Part shown: in pieces, positions 29,330 to 38,045 of the stretch
Position numbering within the stretch: position 1 is the first letter of the stretch
Layout: every line of letters starts with the position of its first letter
NCBI GenBank assembly: GCA_963834265.1
Contig: CAWIAU010000001.1
Location: forward strand, 199,572 to 263,571
Length of the DNA: 64,000 bases
From: an uncultured bacterium
GTDB taxonomy: Bacteria; Patescibacteriota; Saccharimonadia; Saccharimonadales; 2-12-FULL-41-12
Direction: 5' to 3'
The notes under the pieces: model-generated
The model's input: the letters and a program-made list of their open reading frames with translations, nothing else
Told to the model about the DNA's origin: nothing
Database searches by the model: none
Position numbers and translations under genes: made by a program

Positions 29330-29875
29330 ATGAGCGACCGCGCACAAATACAAAAAACTTTTGATGACCAGCTGGACGGTGAAAATGTTCTGTTTGTATT
29401 TCATAAGCACCCTATAGTCATGCGAAAAGGACTTATATTGTCTATGATTGCCCTGTTACTGGGGACTGTTCCTTCCCTGATCAAACCGGAATACAGCTAT
29501 CTGTTTGGCGGGTTGGCAGCAGGTCTGGTACTGTCTGCGCTCATATTTCTGCCCTCCTGGATCAGCTGGCACTATAGCGTATTTATAGTTACCGATCAGC
29601 GGCTTATTCAGATTACTCAAAAGGGTTTTTGGAGTCGCAGCGTTGTTGACATTGGCCTGAATCAAATCCAGATGGTCAATTATCAGATAGGGGGATTCAA
29701 CGAAACGCTACTGGGATTTGGTACAATAATGATGCAGACATTTGTTGGCGATCTTATCATTCATGACGTGCATCACCCTGCCAGAATTCAAAAGAAACTT
29801 CTCAGTATATTACGGGATCAGGGGGTATTAGCTAACAGTCCGCCCGTATTAAATAACCGGACAGAAACCACATAA
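29330..29875 (+). CDS. membrane protein with bacterial PH (YdbT/bPH_2-like) domain
   Basis: 181 aa. GENVLFVFHKHP followed by two TM helices and a PH-like C-terminal half. Confidence 0.65.
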   Translation: MSDRAQIQKTFDDQLDGENVLFVFHKHPIVMRKGLILSMIALLLGTVPSLIKPEYSYLFGGLAAGLVLSALIFLPSWISWHYSVFIVTDQRLIQITQKGFWSRSVVDIGLNQIQMVNYQIGGFNETLLGFGTIMMQTFVGDLIIHDVHHPARIQKKLLSILRDQGVLANSPPVLNNRTETT

Positions 29876-29876
29876 G

Positions 29877-30929
29877 ATGAAAAAACCTAAGCTTAAAATT
29901 AAGAAAGTACTCCGCAGGGGTAAAAAAGCACCGGCCGGCTCGCTCAAAGACGAGCGTATTACCAATGAGACGATGGCGGCTCACCGCGACGAGATACTCG
30001 ATAGTGCCCGTAAGTACATCTATCCTGTCACGCGCTCCAAGCATCGTCTGGTAATTATTTCTCTCAGCCTGTTTTCTGTTTCGGTAATAATATTCTTCGG
30101 CTACTGTGTCGCCGCGCTATATAAATTCCAGAGTACATCGAGTTTTTTGTACCACGTTACGCAGGTAGTACCATTTCCGATTGCCCGGATAGGTTCGGAG
30201 TTTGTAGCATATGAGAACTATCTGTTCGAAGTAAACCGCGAGACATATTACTACCGTACCCAGCAGAAACTGGACCCCGGCAGCGAGACCGGTCAGCAGC
30301 AGCTGGCAGAAATTAAGAAGCAGGCGCTGGAAAAAGTTATTAATGACGCATATATCAAGCGTCTCGCCAAAGAAAAGGGCATAAAAGTAAGCGATCAGGA
30401 GGTTGAGGATGCTATAGCCATAGTTCGCAGTCAGAACCGTCTGGGCAGCAGTGATGAGGAGTTCGAAACTGTGCTCAGGGACTTCTGGAACTGGTCACCG
30501 GAGGATTTTCGCCGCAGCCTCAAACAGCAGTTACTTGCCCAGAAGGTTGCGTCCGAACTTGATACCGAAGCTCATGCCAAAGCTGATGCTGCATATGCCC
30601 GGCTTAAAGAAGGCAAAGACTTCGCAGAACTGGCAAAAACCGTTTCTGAAGATCCCCTGGCTAAGCAAAACGGAGGCGAATTCGGCTTCACAATAGAAAA
30701 GACTAACCGGGACATATCTTCCCGTACTGTCGAAGCCCTTTTCCGTCTAAAACCCGGGCAGTATTCTGAGATTATAGATGTTGGATACGGACTTGAGATA
30801 GTCAAAAATATCGAACAAACCGGTGAAAAAATCCGCGCTGCCAGAATCCTGTTCAACTTCAAGGACATCAATAACCACCTGAATGACACCAAAGACAAAC
30901 AAAAAACCCACAGCTACGTTCGTTTATAG
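29877..30929 (+). CDS. membrane-anchored peptidyl-prolyl isomerase (SurA-N plus parvulin/PpiC domain)
   Basis: N-terminal TM helix, a SurA-N-like helical domain and a C-terminal parvulin block (GGEFGF...LKPGQYSEIIDVGYGLEIVK). Confidence 0.8.
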   Translation: MKKPKLKIKKVLRRGKKAPAGSLKDERITNETMAAHRDEILDSARKYIYPVTRSKHRLVIISLSLFSVSVIIFFGYCVAALYKFQSTSSFLYHVTQVVPFPIARIGSEFVAYENYLFEVNRETYYYRTQQKLDPGSETGQQQLAEIKKQALEKVINDAYIKRLAKEKGIKVSDQEVEDAIAIVRSQNRLGSSDEEFETVLRDFWNWSPEDFRRSLKQQLLAQKVASELDTEAHAKADAAYARLKEGKDFAELAKTVSEDPLAKQNGGEFGFTIEKTNRDISSRTVEALFRLKPGQYSEIIDVGYGLEIVKNIEQTGEKIRAARILFNFKDINNHLNDTKDKQKTHSYVRL

Positions 30930-30967
30930 GTAATTTTCTATGGTGCTTATGGTAAACTAAAACGAAT

Positions 30968-31579
30968 ATGCGCTATAAAAAAATTATAGGTTCGAGTGCC
31001 GTCATTTCGGCAGTATGCCTGCTATCCGCCACGGTCATGGCTCAGATTCCGCCCGCCCCGCCAGCTGCCGGCAGCACAATCGAACAAAGACTTGCCCAGC
31101 GTAAGGCAGAACGTAAGATACAACTTATTGATAAAGACCAGAAACGCCTGGTTTCGCTATGCAAAGCCGCCCAGGAAAAGTCGCGATCGACACAACGTGC
31201 AACTACAGCCACTGTAGACAAACGTAAGAGCACTTATCGACTTATTGACGGCAAATTATGGATAATTAATGGCCAGCTGAAACTTGCCGGCAAAGACACA
31301 TTCAATCTGGAAAAAGCTCGTGCAGAACTTGATGCCAAAGTAGCAGCCTTTATTGTGACTGCTTCAATTTATCAGCAGGCACTGGATGATATGGTGCTGA
31401 TGAACTGCCAGGCTGATCCTGTAGGATTCAAGTCTATGCTCGAAACGGCCCGGATCTACTATACTCAGCTTCAGGCCCAGTCAACAGACATACGCGGGTA
31501 TATCATAAATTCGGTTAAACCGGTGCTGGCTGATTACGCTTTACAGCTGCAGCCCAAATCTAATCCGGAGGGTAACTAA
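30968..31579 (+). CDS. secreted hypothetical protein
   Basis: 203 aa with a signal peptide (AVISAVCLLSATVMAQ). Helical or coiled-coil composition. Confidence 0.65.
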   Translation: MRYKKIIGSSAVISAVCLLSATVMAQIPPAPPAAGSTIEQRLAQRKAERKIQLIDKDQKRLVSLCKAAQEKSRSTQRATTATVDKRKSTYRLIDGKLWIINGQLKLAGKDTFNLEKARAELDAKVAAFIVTASIYQQALDDMVLMNCQADPVGFKSMLETARIYYTQLQAQSTDIRGYIINSVKPVLADYALQLQPKSNPEGN

Positions 31580-31741
31580 ATGGTCTGCTTTGCGGTAACT
31601 TCAGGAGATAAAAAATGATAATTTTTGATCAAAACAGACAAACTGCGACAAAGCATAACCATAGTTATAGTGCGAAGCAATTTGTCTGTTTTGGGCATAA
31701 CGGGCGATTTTTAGCCCGGAAATTATCGGAAAGCAGACCAT
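31580..31741. repeat. 162-bp nested inverted-repeat (MITE-like) element
   Basis: Outer arms ATGGTCTGCTTT (31580-31591) and AAAGCAGACCAT (31730-31741). Inner arms CAAAACAGACAAA (31630-31642) and TTTGTCTGTTTTG (31681-31693). It fills the whole intergenic gap. Confidence 0.7.
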
Positions 31742-31742
31742 A

Positions 31743-32150
31743 ATGGATCCTAACCAGCCACCACTTCAAACTAATTCTCCCGTACCGAATCCGCCTGTTG
31801 ATCCCCTGGCCGGGTATGGAGCGGTACCTCAGGCATCCGGATCAGGCTCCTACTCGCCGCCTCCACTGTCGTCACCAAAGAAGAACAAATTACCTTTTAT
31901 TATTGCCGGAGTTGTTGTGGCTTTGTTGCTAATCATTACAGTGTTAGTTGTTATAACCAGTGGCAAAAAGTCTCCGTCCAAACCTCAGCCCCAGGCGAAT
32001 ACCTCGGATAACGGATCATCCTTTCTGAAGGCGGCCGATCCTATCGGTGTGCAGCAAACATCGGACTCAATCAGTCAGGATCTGGGAGGATTGAATGATG
32101 ATATTGATTTTCCGCCGAATAAGATTGACGACAAATCTCTCAGCCTTTAG
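31743..32150 (+). CDS. Pro-rich single-pass membrane protein
   Basis: 135 aa with a Pro-rich N-terminus, one TM helix and a Ser/Asp-rich exterior. Confidence 0.6.
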   Translation: MDPNQPPLQTNSPVPNPPVDPLAGYGAVPQASGSGSYSPPPLSSPKKNKLPFIIAGVVVALLLIITVLVVITSGKKSPSKPQPQANTSDNGSSFLKAADPIGVQQTSDSISQDLGGLNDDIDFPPNKIDDKSLSL

Positions 32151-32162
32151 TCAGAACCGGAC

Positions 32163-33512
32163 TTATGATCTGATCTCCGGATTTCGGATACCAACAGCCG
32201 ATATGATTCCACCTGCGAATAATAACAAGGCCATCAGCATAATCCCTCTCTGAAAGCCAGCCAGGTCAAGCTCTGCGCCAATTATGACGCCTATGACGGC
32301 TATTCCAACCAGTCCGGCAATCCTGGCCACAGCATTGTTAACAGCTGAACCGATACCCGCATATTTGGGATCCACCGCACCCAGAATTGCCGTCGTCAAA
32401 GGCGCGACGGTAATAGCCAGGCCTACACCGAAAATTAGTACGCCGGGCAGCAGCTGCGTCCAGTAATTTACCGATTCATCAACCATGAGCATTGTCAGGA
32501 ACCCTATACCTGCCAATATTGGTCCTCCGGCCATAAAGGCACGCGGTCCATACCGGCCCGCCAGTGCACCAAATCGTGATGACAGGGCAAAGAGAATCAA
32601 GGTGACCGGTACCAAACTCAAACCTGCCGCCACAGCTGAATAGTTTCCCACCTGCTGTACAAATACCGTTACCAAAAATAATGCAATTGCCAGCCCTCCG
32701 TAGATGGTAAAAGTGGCAATATTGCCTACCAAAAAATTACGAACCTTGAAAAGCCCGAGAGGCAGCATAGGATGAGGCGCCCGGCGTTCGTACAGGATAA
32801 ACCCTGCAAAGCAAACTATTCCAAGCAAAAGTGGCCCGTAGATCAGGGGATTGCTCCAGCCATAATGGGGTTGCTCAATAAGCGCGTATACCGGACCGCC
32901 GAGACCCAAACCACAAAGGACCGCACCGGTAAAGTCAACTTTGGCTTTATGAATTTTTTCTTTTTGATCAAGAGAACGCATTAACCACAGGGTGATAGCG
33001 ATCGGCACAATATTAATAGCAAATATCAGGCGCCAGGAGCCAATATCTACCAAAAACCCGCCAAGCAAAGGACCGACTACAAAGGCTATTCCGGTCCAGG
33101 CTGTCCACGTCCCGATTGCTTTGCCCTGAGCGCTACCCGCAAAAGCAGAAATAATAAGTGCGAGGGAACCCGGCACCAGGAGCGCGCCCGCCGCCCCCTG
33201 TAATGCCCTGGCAATGATCAAAAACACTCCGCCGGGGGCAATCGCGCAGAGCAAAGAGGTAATCGCGAAACCCCATAGCCCAAGCGCTATTATTTTTTTC
33301 CTGCCGAAAAGATCAGACAACGAACCTGCGACCAGCATCAATGAACCCAGCGTTATCAGATAAGCATTCACTACCCACTGCTGCGTAGTCAGGCCACCGC
33401 CAAGCTCCGATGATATGGCCGGTAGCGCCACGTTGATGACTGATCCGTCCAAAAAGGCCACGAATGAAGCCAAAATACTGATGTAAATCACCAATTTCTG
33501 CTGCTTGTCCAT
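32163..33512 (-). CDS. MFS transporter (DHA2/EmrB-like)
   Basis: 449 aa, polytopic. The GSLSDLFGRKK motif between TM2 and TM3 is typical of MFS drug/H+ antiporters. Confidence 0.88.
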   Translation of the reverse strand: MDKQQKLVIYISILASFVAFLDGSVINVALPAISSELGGGLTTQQWVVNAYLITLGSLMLVAGSLSDLFGRKKIIALGLWGFAITSLLCAIAPGGVFLIIARALQGAAGALLVPGSLALIISAFAGSAQGKAIGTWTAWTGIAFVVGPLLGGFLVDIGSWRLIFAINIVPIAITLWLMRSLDQKEKIHKAKVDFTGAVLCGLGLGGPVYALIEQPHYGWSNPLIYGPLLLGIVCFAGFILYERRAPHPMLPLGLFKVRNFLVGNIATFTIYGGLAIALFLVTVFVQQVGNYSAVAAGLSLVPVTLILFALSSRFGALAGRYGPRAFMAGGPILAGIGFLTMLMVDESVNYWTQLLPGVLIFGVGLAITVAPLTTAILGAVDPKYAGIGSAVNNAVARIAGLVGIAVIGVIIGAELDLAGFQRGIMLMALLLFAGGIISAVGIRNPEIRS

Positions 33513-33551
33513 CTATATGCAGTATACAGCCATTTCGAAGTGTAATCGATA

Positions 33552-33580
33552 TTGACAAACGTGATTTTTTGGAGTATAAT
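33552..33580 (+). promoter_or_regulatory. consensus sigma70 promoter
   Basis: Perfect TTGACA (33552-33557), a 17-nt spacer, then perfect TATAAT (33575-33580). Confidence 0.6.
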
Positions 33581-33616
33581 AACAAATGAATTATTAAAAA
33601 AATAAAAATATCGTTA

Positions 33617-35554
33617 ATGAAACAGTCAAAAAAACCAGTACCTAAGGCTAAATCTGTCCATCAGGTGCAATCCAGAAGTATTGTCCCTGTTGCAAAGTTG
33701 CGGAATCGTGAAGCTGCGTCCGGGCACAATCGTGCGATTACCCGACAAATCTGGTTACTTTACCTGAATTCATGGCAGTTTCGCGGCCGGCTCTGGTTCA
33801 TAGTCTTTACCAGAAAGTATCCGCACAGGACTATCTGCGAAAAGTACTGCAAAACTTATGCGTCCCGCAAGCGCTGCGAACATATAGTGAATTCACTCTG
33901 GACACGTCTGAGTGTGTCTTTTGCAGTTGCACTAGGCCTGTTGGTAGCCGCCCAGCTGGCTTATCCCGCTGACCGTGCATTACCGCTTGCCCGTCTGGAA
34001 GGGCATGGCTACGTTGGCTTCCGGACCTATAGTCAGATTGCCGCAAAAATAGGCAATACCGGCAGTAAAAAGGTAACAATTCTCACTGGTGGGAGTAATA
34101 CAGTTTCGTCCCTCGCCCAAATGGGGGTGGCTGTTGATACGAGTACCACTTTTGATCAGCTAAGCACGTATAAAATTCATCAGAGATTAATCCCGTTTTC
34201 GATTCTGGTCGCGGGCAATGACAAAAAATCTATCAATCGGCATATCGATGAAGTTAAACTGACAGAGTTTGCTAAAAATGTAGAAATTGCCAGCAGCAGA
34301 CCCTCGCAGGATGCGTTGATCGTCCGGCATGATACTAAACTGACGGTTATATCTGCACAGAACGGGTACGAATCTTCATTGCAAATTTTGAAACAGCAAA
34401 TCCGGGAAGCGAAGCTTCAGGATGATAATGTTATACTTTCGCCCAAAATATTGCTGCCACGCATTTCCACGCAAGAAGCACAGGAAAAAGCCACTCAGAT
34501 GCAGCGTCGTATTGATACGCCGCTGGTTATAAAAGCAGCCGAACACACCTTTACTGCCGATTCTGCTACTCTTGCTTCCTGGGTAGACATTATTCCTGAA
34601 CCTGATAAGAAGACGATTGATCTGAGTTTCAGCAAAACCCGTGTAGATAATTTCCTGAAACCTGTTCCGGCAGCCGTAGACCAGCAGGCGAAACCGGAAA
34701 TAGTAACTTTACTGAATGGGCTGGCAGCCGGTAGTACCAGGGGGAGTGCCGGTCGTGTGGTCAGCTATGACGAACTGGTGAAAGAAGTCACAGGCAGTAT
34801 TAACGCCGGCACTATCACTGTTTGGGCTAAGGTTAATGCTATTTTGCCTCCTCAGACATTTGAGCGACGCTACAGCCGGGATAGCCGGGGCATTCAGAGC
34901 CTGATCGATTATTGGGCATCACTGAATCAAGGCAGGCACGGCGTGGATTTCCGAACTATAAACGGCCGCATGGCAGCGACCCTGAATCCTTTCCGGCAAT
35001 TTACTGCTGCTGGTAGTAATAAACTATTTATTGCGCATCTGATATCCGGTCGTCTGGACGCCGGCTCTTTGCAGAATAGTACACCGACCAGTGCCGGATT
35101 GAATGTGGCTTCCTGCATGGATAAGATGGTACGGTTGTCTGACAATTCCTGCACTCTAGCGCTCGGCAGTATAGTTGGCTGGGGTAATAGCGATACATTG
35201 TTGCGCAATCAGGGCTTTACTTATACAACGCTTGTATCCGGAGGGGGGACGACTTCTGCCAGTGATACATCCAACTGGTTTACGCAACTATTAAGCGGTA
35301 GCTTAACTTCAGCAGGTCAGAGAAACTCACTGATCAGTTTACTCAGCAATCAAGCTACCCGAACGGGCATTCCGGCCGGTTCCGCAGGCATTGTAGTCGC
35401 CAACAAAGCCGGCAGCTTACGGGGTAATGTATTCGATGCTGCTGTCGTATATCACCCCGGAGGTACTTACATATTATCTGTTATATCAGACGGAGGAACC
35501 TTTCCGGCCATAGCCGACCTGGCAGCTCAGATCAACAGAGTCCTAAGCGAATAA
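33617..35554 (+). CDS. membrane-anchored protein with a degenerate class-A beta-lactamase-fold C-terminal domain
   Basis: C-terminal RLSDNSCTLALG and NKAGS...YILSVISDGG align with the 7089 protein. SxxK is replaced by SNK and KTG by KAG. The N-terminal 90 aa look non-native, and the in-frame GTG at 33887 just before the TM helix is an alternative start. Confidence 0.7.
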   Translation: MKQSKKPVPKAKSVHQVQSRSIVPVAKLRNREAASGHNRAITRQIWLLYLNSWQFRGRLWFIVFTRKYPHRTICEKYCKTYASRKRCEHIVNSLWTRLSVSFAVALGLLVAAQLAYPADRALPLARLEGHGYVGFRTYSQIAAKIGNTGSKKVTILTGGSNTVSSLAQMGVAVDTSTTFDQLSTYKIHQRLIPFSILVAGNDKKSINRHIDEVKLTEFAKNVEIASSRPSQDALIVRHDTKLTVISAQNGYESSLQILKQQIREAKLQDDNVILSPKILLPRISTQEAQEKATQMQRRIDTPLVIKAAEHTFTADSATLASWVDIIPEPDKKTIDLSFSKTRVDNFLKPVPAAVDQQAKPEIVTLLNGLAAGSTRGSAGRVVSYDELVKEVTGSINAGTITVWAKVNAILPPQTFERRYSRDSRGIQSLIDYWASLNQGRHGVDFRTINGRMAATLNPFRQFTAAGSNKLFIAHLISGRLDAGSLQNSTPTSAGLNVASCMDKMVRLSDNSCTLALGSIVGWGNSDTLLRNQGFTYTTLVSGGGTTSASDTSNWFTQLLSGSLTSAGQRNSLISLLSNQATRTGIPAGSAGIVVANKAGSLRGNVFDAAVVYHPGGTYILSVISDGGTFPAIADLAAQINRVLSE

Positions 35555-35934
35555 ATCGATACTTAGTTGGGAGCGCACATGTTGCCGTGATATGGATAAT
35601 CCGGCCAATGTGGAGGAGATTTAGTATCTAAAGCTGTGGTGTCCGCAACCGGAAGCGAATCCGCACAAATATTTGCTGTTACCGTTCCTGGTTCTTGCGA
35701 ATGCATATCAGCGCGAACGCCCGCCAATGCCGCTGTACCTAACCGCAGTGTTTCCGCTGCCAAGGGGTCTAAGTTTCCTGGTTCGGCAAAATTATTGTCA
35801 GAACCTAACTCAGAATGTTTTGATGTCATAAATTAATTTTAATTGCTCGGGCTCTCATTTACAAGCAAAAGCATAAAATTATTCAACCTGCAAGCCAAAC
35901 GACAGGTTGATTTTGAAAAGACAGACATGCATTA

Positions 35935-35963
35935 TTGCGTAAATCAGCTTTTTGCGGTATAAT
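35935..35963 (+). promoter_or_regulatory. sigma70-like promoter upstream of the GH10 gene
   Basis: TTGCGT (35935-35940), a 17-nt spacer, then TATAAT (35958-35963). Confidence 0.45.
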
Positions 35964-36062
35964 TATCCATATATTTGTTATTAAGGTAAGAATATCATTC
36001 ATACTTCCGAATACTCTCCACCCCCAAGCGGGTTTCCGGGCTGCATAAGCAAAGCAATTGGT

Positions 36063-37283
36063 ATGGCTCTGGTCGCAGCGTTCGCAGGCAATTCCTTAAC
36101 CCCCAACTCCGGCGTTCCGATAGAAAGAGAAACAACCCCCAGTGACTATAGTGAAAGGCCGTTTGTTACGCCCGAATCACACCTGCAGTTCGCGCCCGGA
36201 AGCAGCGCGGTGCATGCGGTTCAGGTGTCAGCTCAGCGGACAATTAGCAGCAGGCCGGACAAATTAATCATCCGGCCTGTGCGTACCGGTAAATTTAAGA
36301 AGCTGGGGGCAGCCGCGACGATAGTCGGACTGGGGGAGCCACAGTACGAAAAACTGCTTACCGAAGAGTTCGATTCGATTACAACGGAAAATGCGCTCAA
36401 AATGGTAAGCACGCAAACAAGTCGCGGGTCATTTGACTTTACGCAAGCCGACCGGATTGTTAGCTTCGCGCAGAAGCATGATAAAGAACTAATTGGTCAC
36501 ACATTAATATTTGGCGAGTCAGACTGGAGCCTGGGTTACTTGCGTCAACTTGCAAAAGGCTGCACAAACCCGCTGACCCGTCGCTCTAGCGCAGCAGCAA
36601 TGAGAAGCATAATGCGAGTACAAATCGAAACATCTATGAAGCGATATCCTTATATCAGGAAGTGGCACGTAATCAACGAGGTATTCAAAGATAATGGACA
36701 TTACAACGGCGAGGACAAAGGCGACAAGAATCCCTGGTACCCCTGCCTTGGACCCAGTTATCCTATTGAAGCATTAGCGATTGCCCGCCAAACCGATCCG
36801 AGTGCCCGTTTAATTGTAAATGAATACAATGCCGAGGGTGAAGGGAAGAGGCGCGACGCCTTAGTCAGGTTTACGAAAGACAACGGCCACCTGTTTGACG
36901 GAATAGGCATACAGGCACACCTCAGATATGATGACATAAAGAAAGCTTCACAGCTGCCGCAAACAATGAAAACTTATGCCGGACTTGGTAGATCAGTAGA
37001 TATAACGGAATTAGATATAGTGGTGCCGGAAAACCCAACAGATGCTGAACTTAAGTCCCAGCGCCGCATCAATAAAATGGTAGTAAAAGCCTGCGCGTTA
37101 GAACCCGCATGTGTAAACTTTAGCTATTGGGGAGTTAACGACCGCCTGTCGTGGCTAGGTGCCCGGCATCAGCCACTGCCCTTTACCGCCGGATATGCAA
37201 AAAAACAAATGTTTAATGACACCAGAAGATTTATTCCGGGGCCTCCCGCACATACAGCCGGACGCCACAAGAAGCTATCCTGA
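36063..37283 (+). CDS. glycoside hydrolase family 10 (endo-beta-1,4-xylanase-like)
   Basis: WHVINEVF (acid/base Glu context), NEYN, GIQAHL and ITELDI (nucleophile Glu context) occur in GH10 order. No signal peptide is visible. Confidence 0.75.
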   Translation: MALVAAFAGNSLTPNSGVPIERETTPSDYSERPFVTPESHLQFAPGSSAVHAVQVSAQRTISSRPDKLIIRPVRTGKFKKLGAAATIVGLGEPQYEKLLTEEFDSITTENALKMVSTQTSRGSFDFTQADRIVSFAQKHDKELIGHTLIFGESDWSLGYLRQLAKGCTNPLTRRSSAAAMRSIMRVQIETSMKRYPYIRKWHVINEVFKDNGHYNGEDKGDKNPWYPCLGPSYPIEALAIARQTDPSARLIVNEYNAEGEGKRRDALVRFTKDNGHLFDGIGIQAHLRYDDIKKASQLPQTMKTYAGLGRSVDITELDIVVPENPTDAELKSQRRINKMVVKACALEPACVNFSYWGVNDRLSWLGARHQPLPFTAGYAKKQMFNDTRRFIPGPPAHTAGRHKKLS

Positions 37284-37508
37284 ATTTTTCCGTCTATATC
37301 CGGGCTTTTTGATAGGTAGCAGCCTTAACCTGATGGTCGCGAGATCGGCCAAAGAAAACATTGGGAAATTTCGGCAAAGTGGCGCGGGTAAATGATCTGG
37401 TGCACAATCCACCTACCTCCGACAATGCTAAAAAACCAAACCTAATCCGGATATTGTCCATGAGACAACCGACAGTATCTGCCTGACGCCTGATCAATTC
37501 GTAATTAT

Positions 37509-37584
37509 TGGCGGGCCCGACCGGGATCGAACCGGCGATCTCCTCCGTGACAGGGAGGCGTGATAACCGCTTCACTACGAGCCC
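37509..37584 (-). tRNA. tRNA-Asp (anticodon GTC), CCA encoded
   Basis: Hand fold: acceptor GGGCTCG/CGGGCCC, anticodon arm CCTCC-CTGTCAC-GGAGG, T arm GCCGG-TTCGATC-CCGGT. Confidence 0.92.
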
Positions 37585-37613
37585 CGATAGAAGCGAGCTC
37601 GCTTCTATCGGGG
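37582..37613. repeat. perfect 32-bp palindrome abutting the tRNA-Asp 5' end
   Basis: CCCCGATAGAAGCGAG|CTCGCTTCTATCGGGG. It overlaps tRNA positions 1-3. CGAGCCC is directly repeated at 37578-37584 and 37614-37620. Confidence 0.9.
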
Positions 37614-37721
37614 CGAGCCCATTACCGTAATTTGTTCTAGCGGCTAGATCATACGATAGCAAAATCAGGGGTAAAAGGCAATCAGGGATTTGCTATAATT
37701 GGGCGAGTCCTATTGGAACCT

Positions 37722-37797
37722 GCCACCTTAGCTCAGTTGGTAGAGCGACACATTCGTAACGTGTAGGTCAGCAGTTCGATCCTGCTAGGTGGCTCCA
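37722..37797 (+). tRNA. tRNA-Thr (anticodon CGT), CCA encoded
   Basis: Hand fold: acceptor GCCACCT/AGGTGGC, anticodon loop TTCGTAA, T arm AGCAG-TTCGATC-CTGCT, discriminator T. Confidence 0.9.
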
Positions 37798-37953
37798 GGC
37801 TTTGTTTCACAAAGCAATTAACATTTAGCATTTCTCGTTTAGCGATTATGGACAAAAGTTAAAACTTTTGAATAATATTAATTTCAGCGAAGCTGGCCAC
37901 CATGGCGAATAGTAAATTGCTAAAGGATAATTGCTTTTGCAGAGCAAAAGCGG

Positions 37954-38027
37954 GCGGGATTAGTATAGTGATAGTACGCTTGCTTCCCAAGCAAGAGGTA
38001 CGAGTTTGATTCTCGTATCCCGCACCA
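37954..38027 (+). tRNA. tRNA-Gly (anticodon CCC), CCA encoded
   Basis: Hand fold: acceptor GCGGGAT/ATCCCGC, anticodon arm CTTGC-TTCCCAA-GCAAG, T arm ACGAG-TTTGATT-CTCGT. Confidence 0.9.
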
Positions 38028-38045
38028 ATAATATAAACTATTAGA

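Noticed and set aside
35563-35836. Overlapping 88-aa (minus) and 66-aa (plus) ORFs after the 33617 gene.
   Set aside because: Neither has a Shine-Dalgarno sequence or a recognisable motif, and they are mutually exclusive. I cannot decide between them, so neither is called.
37294-37662. A 122-aa minus-strand ORF.
   Set aside because: It runs through tRNA-Asp and the 32-bp palindrome, so it is an artefact of structured RNA sequence.
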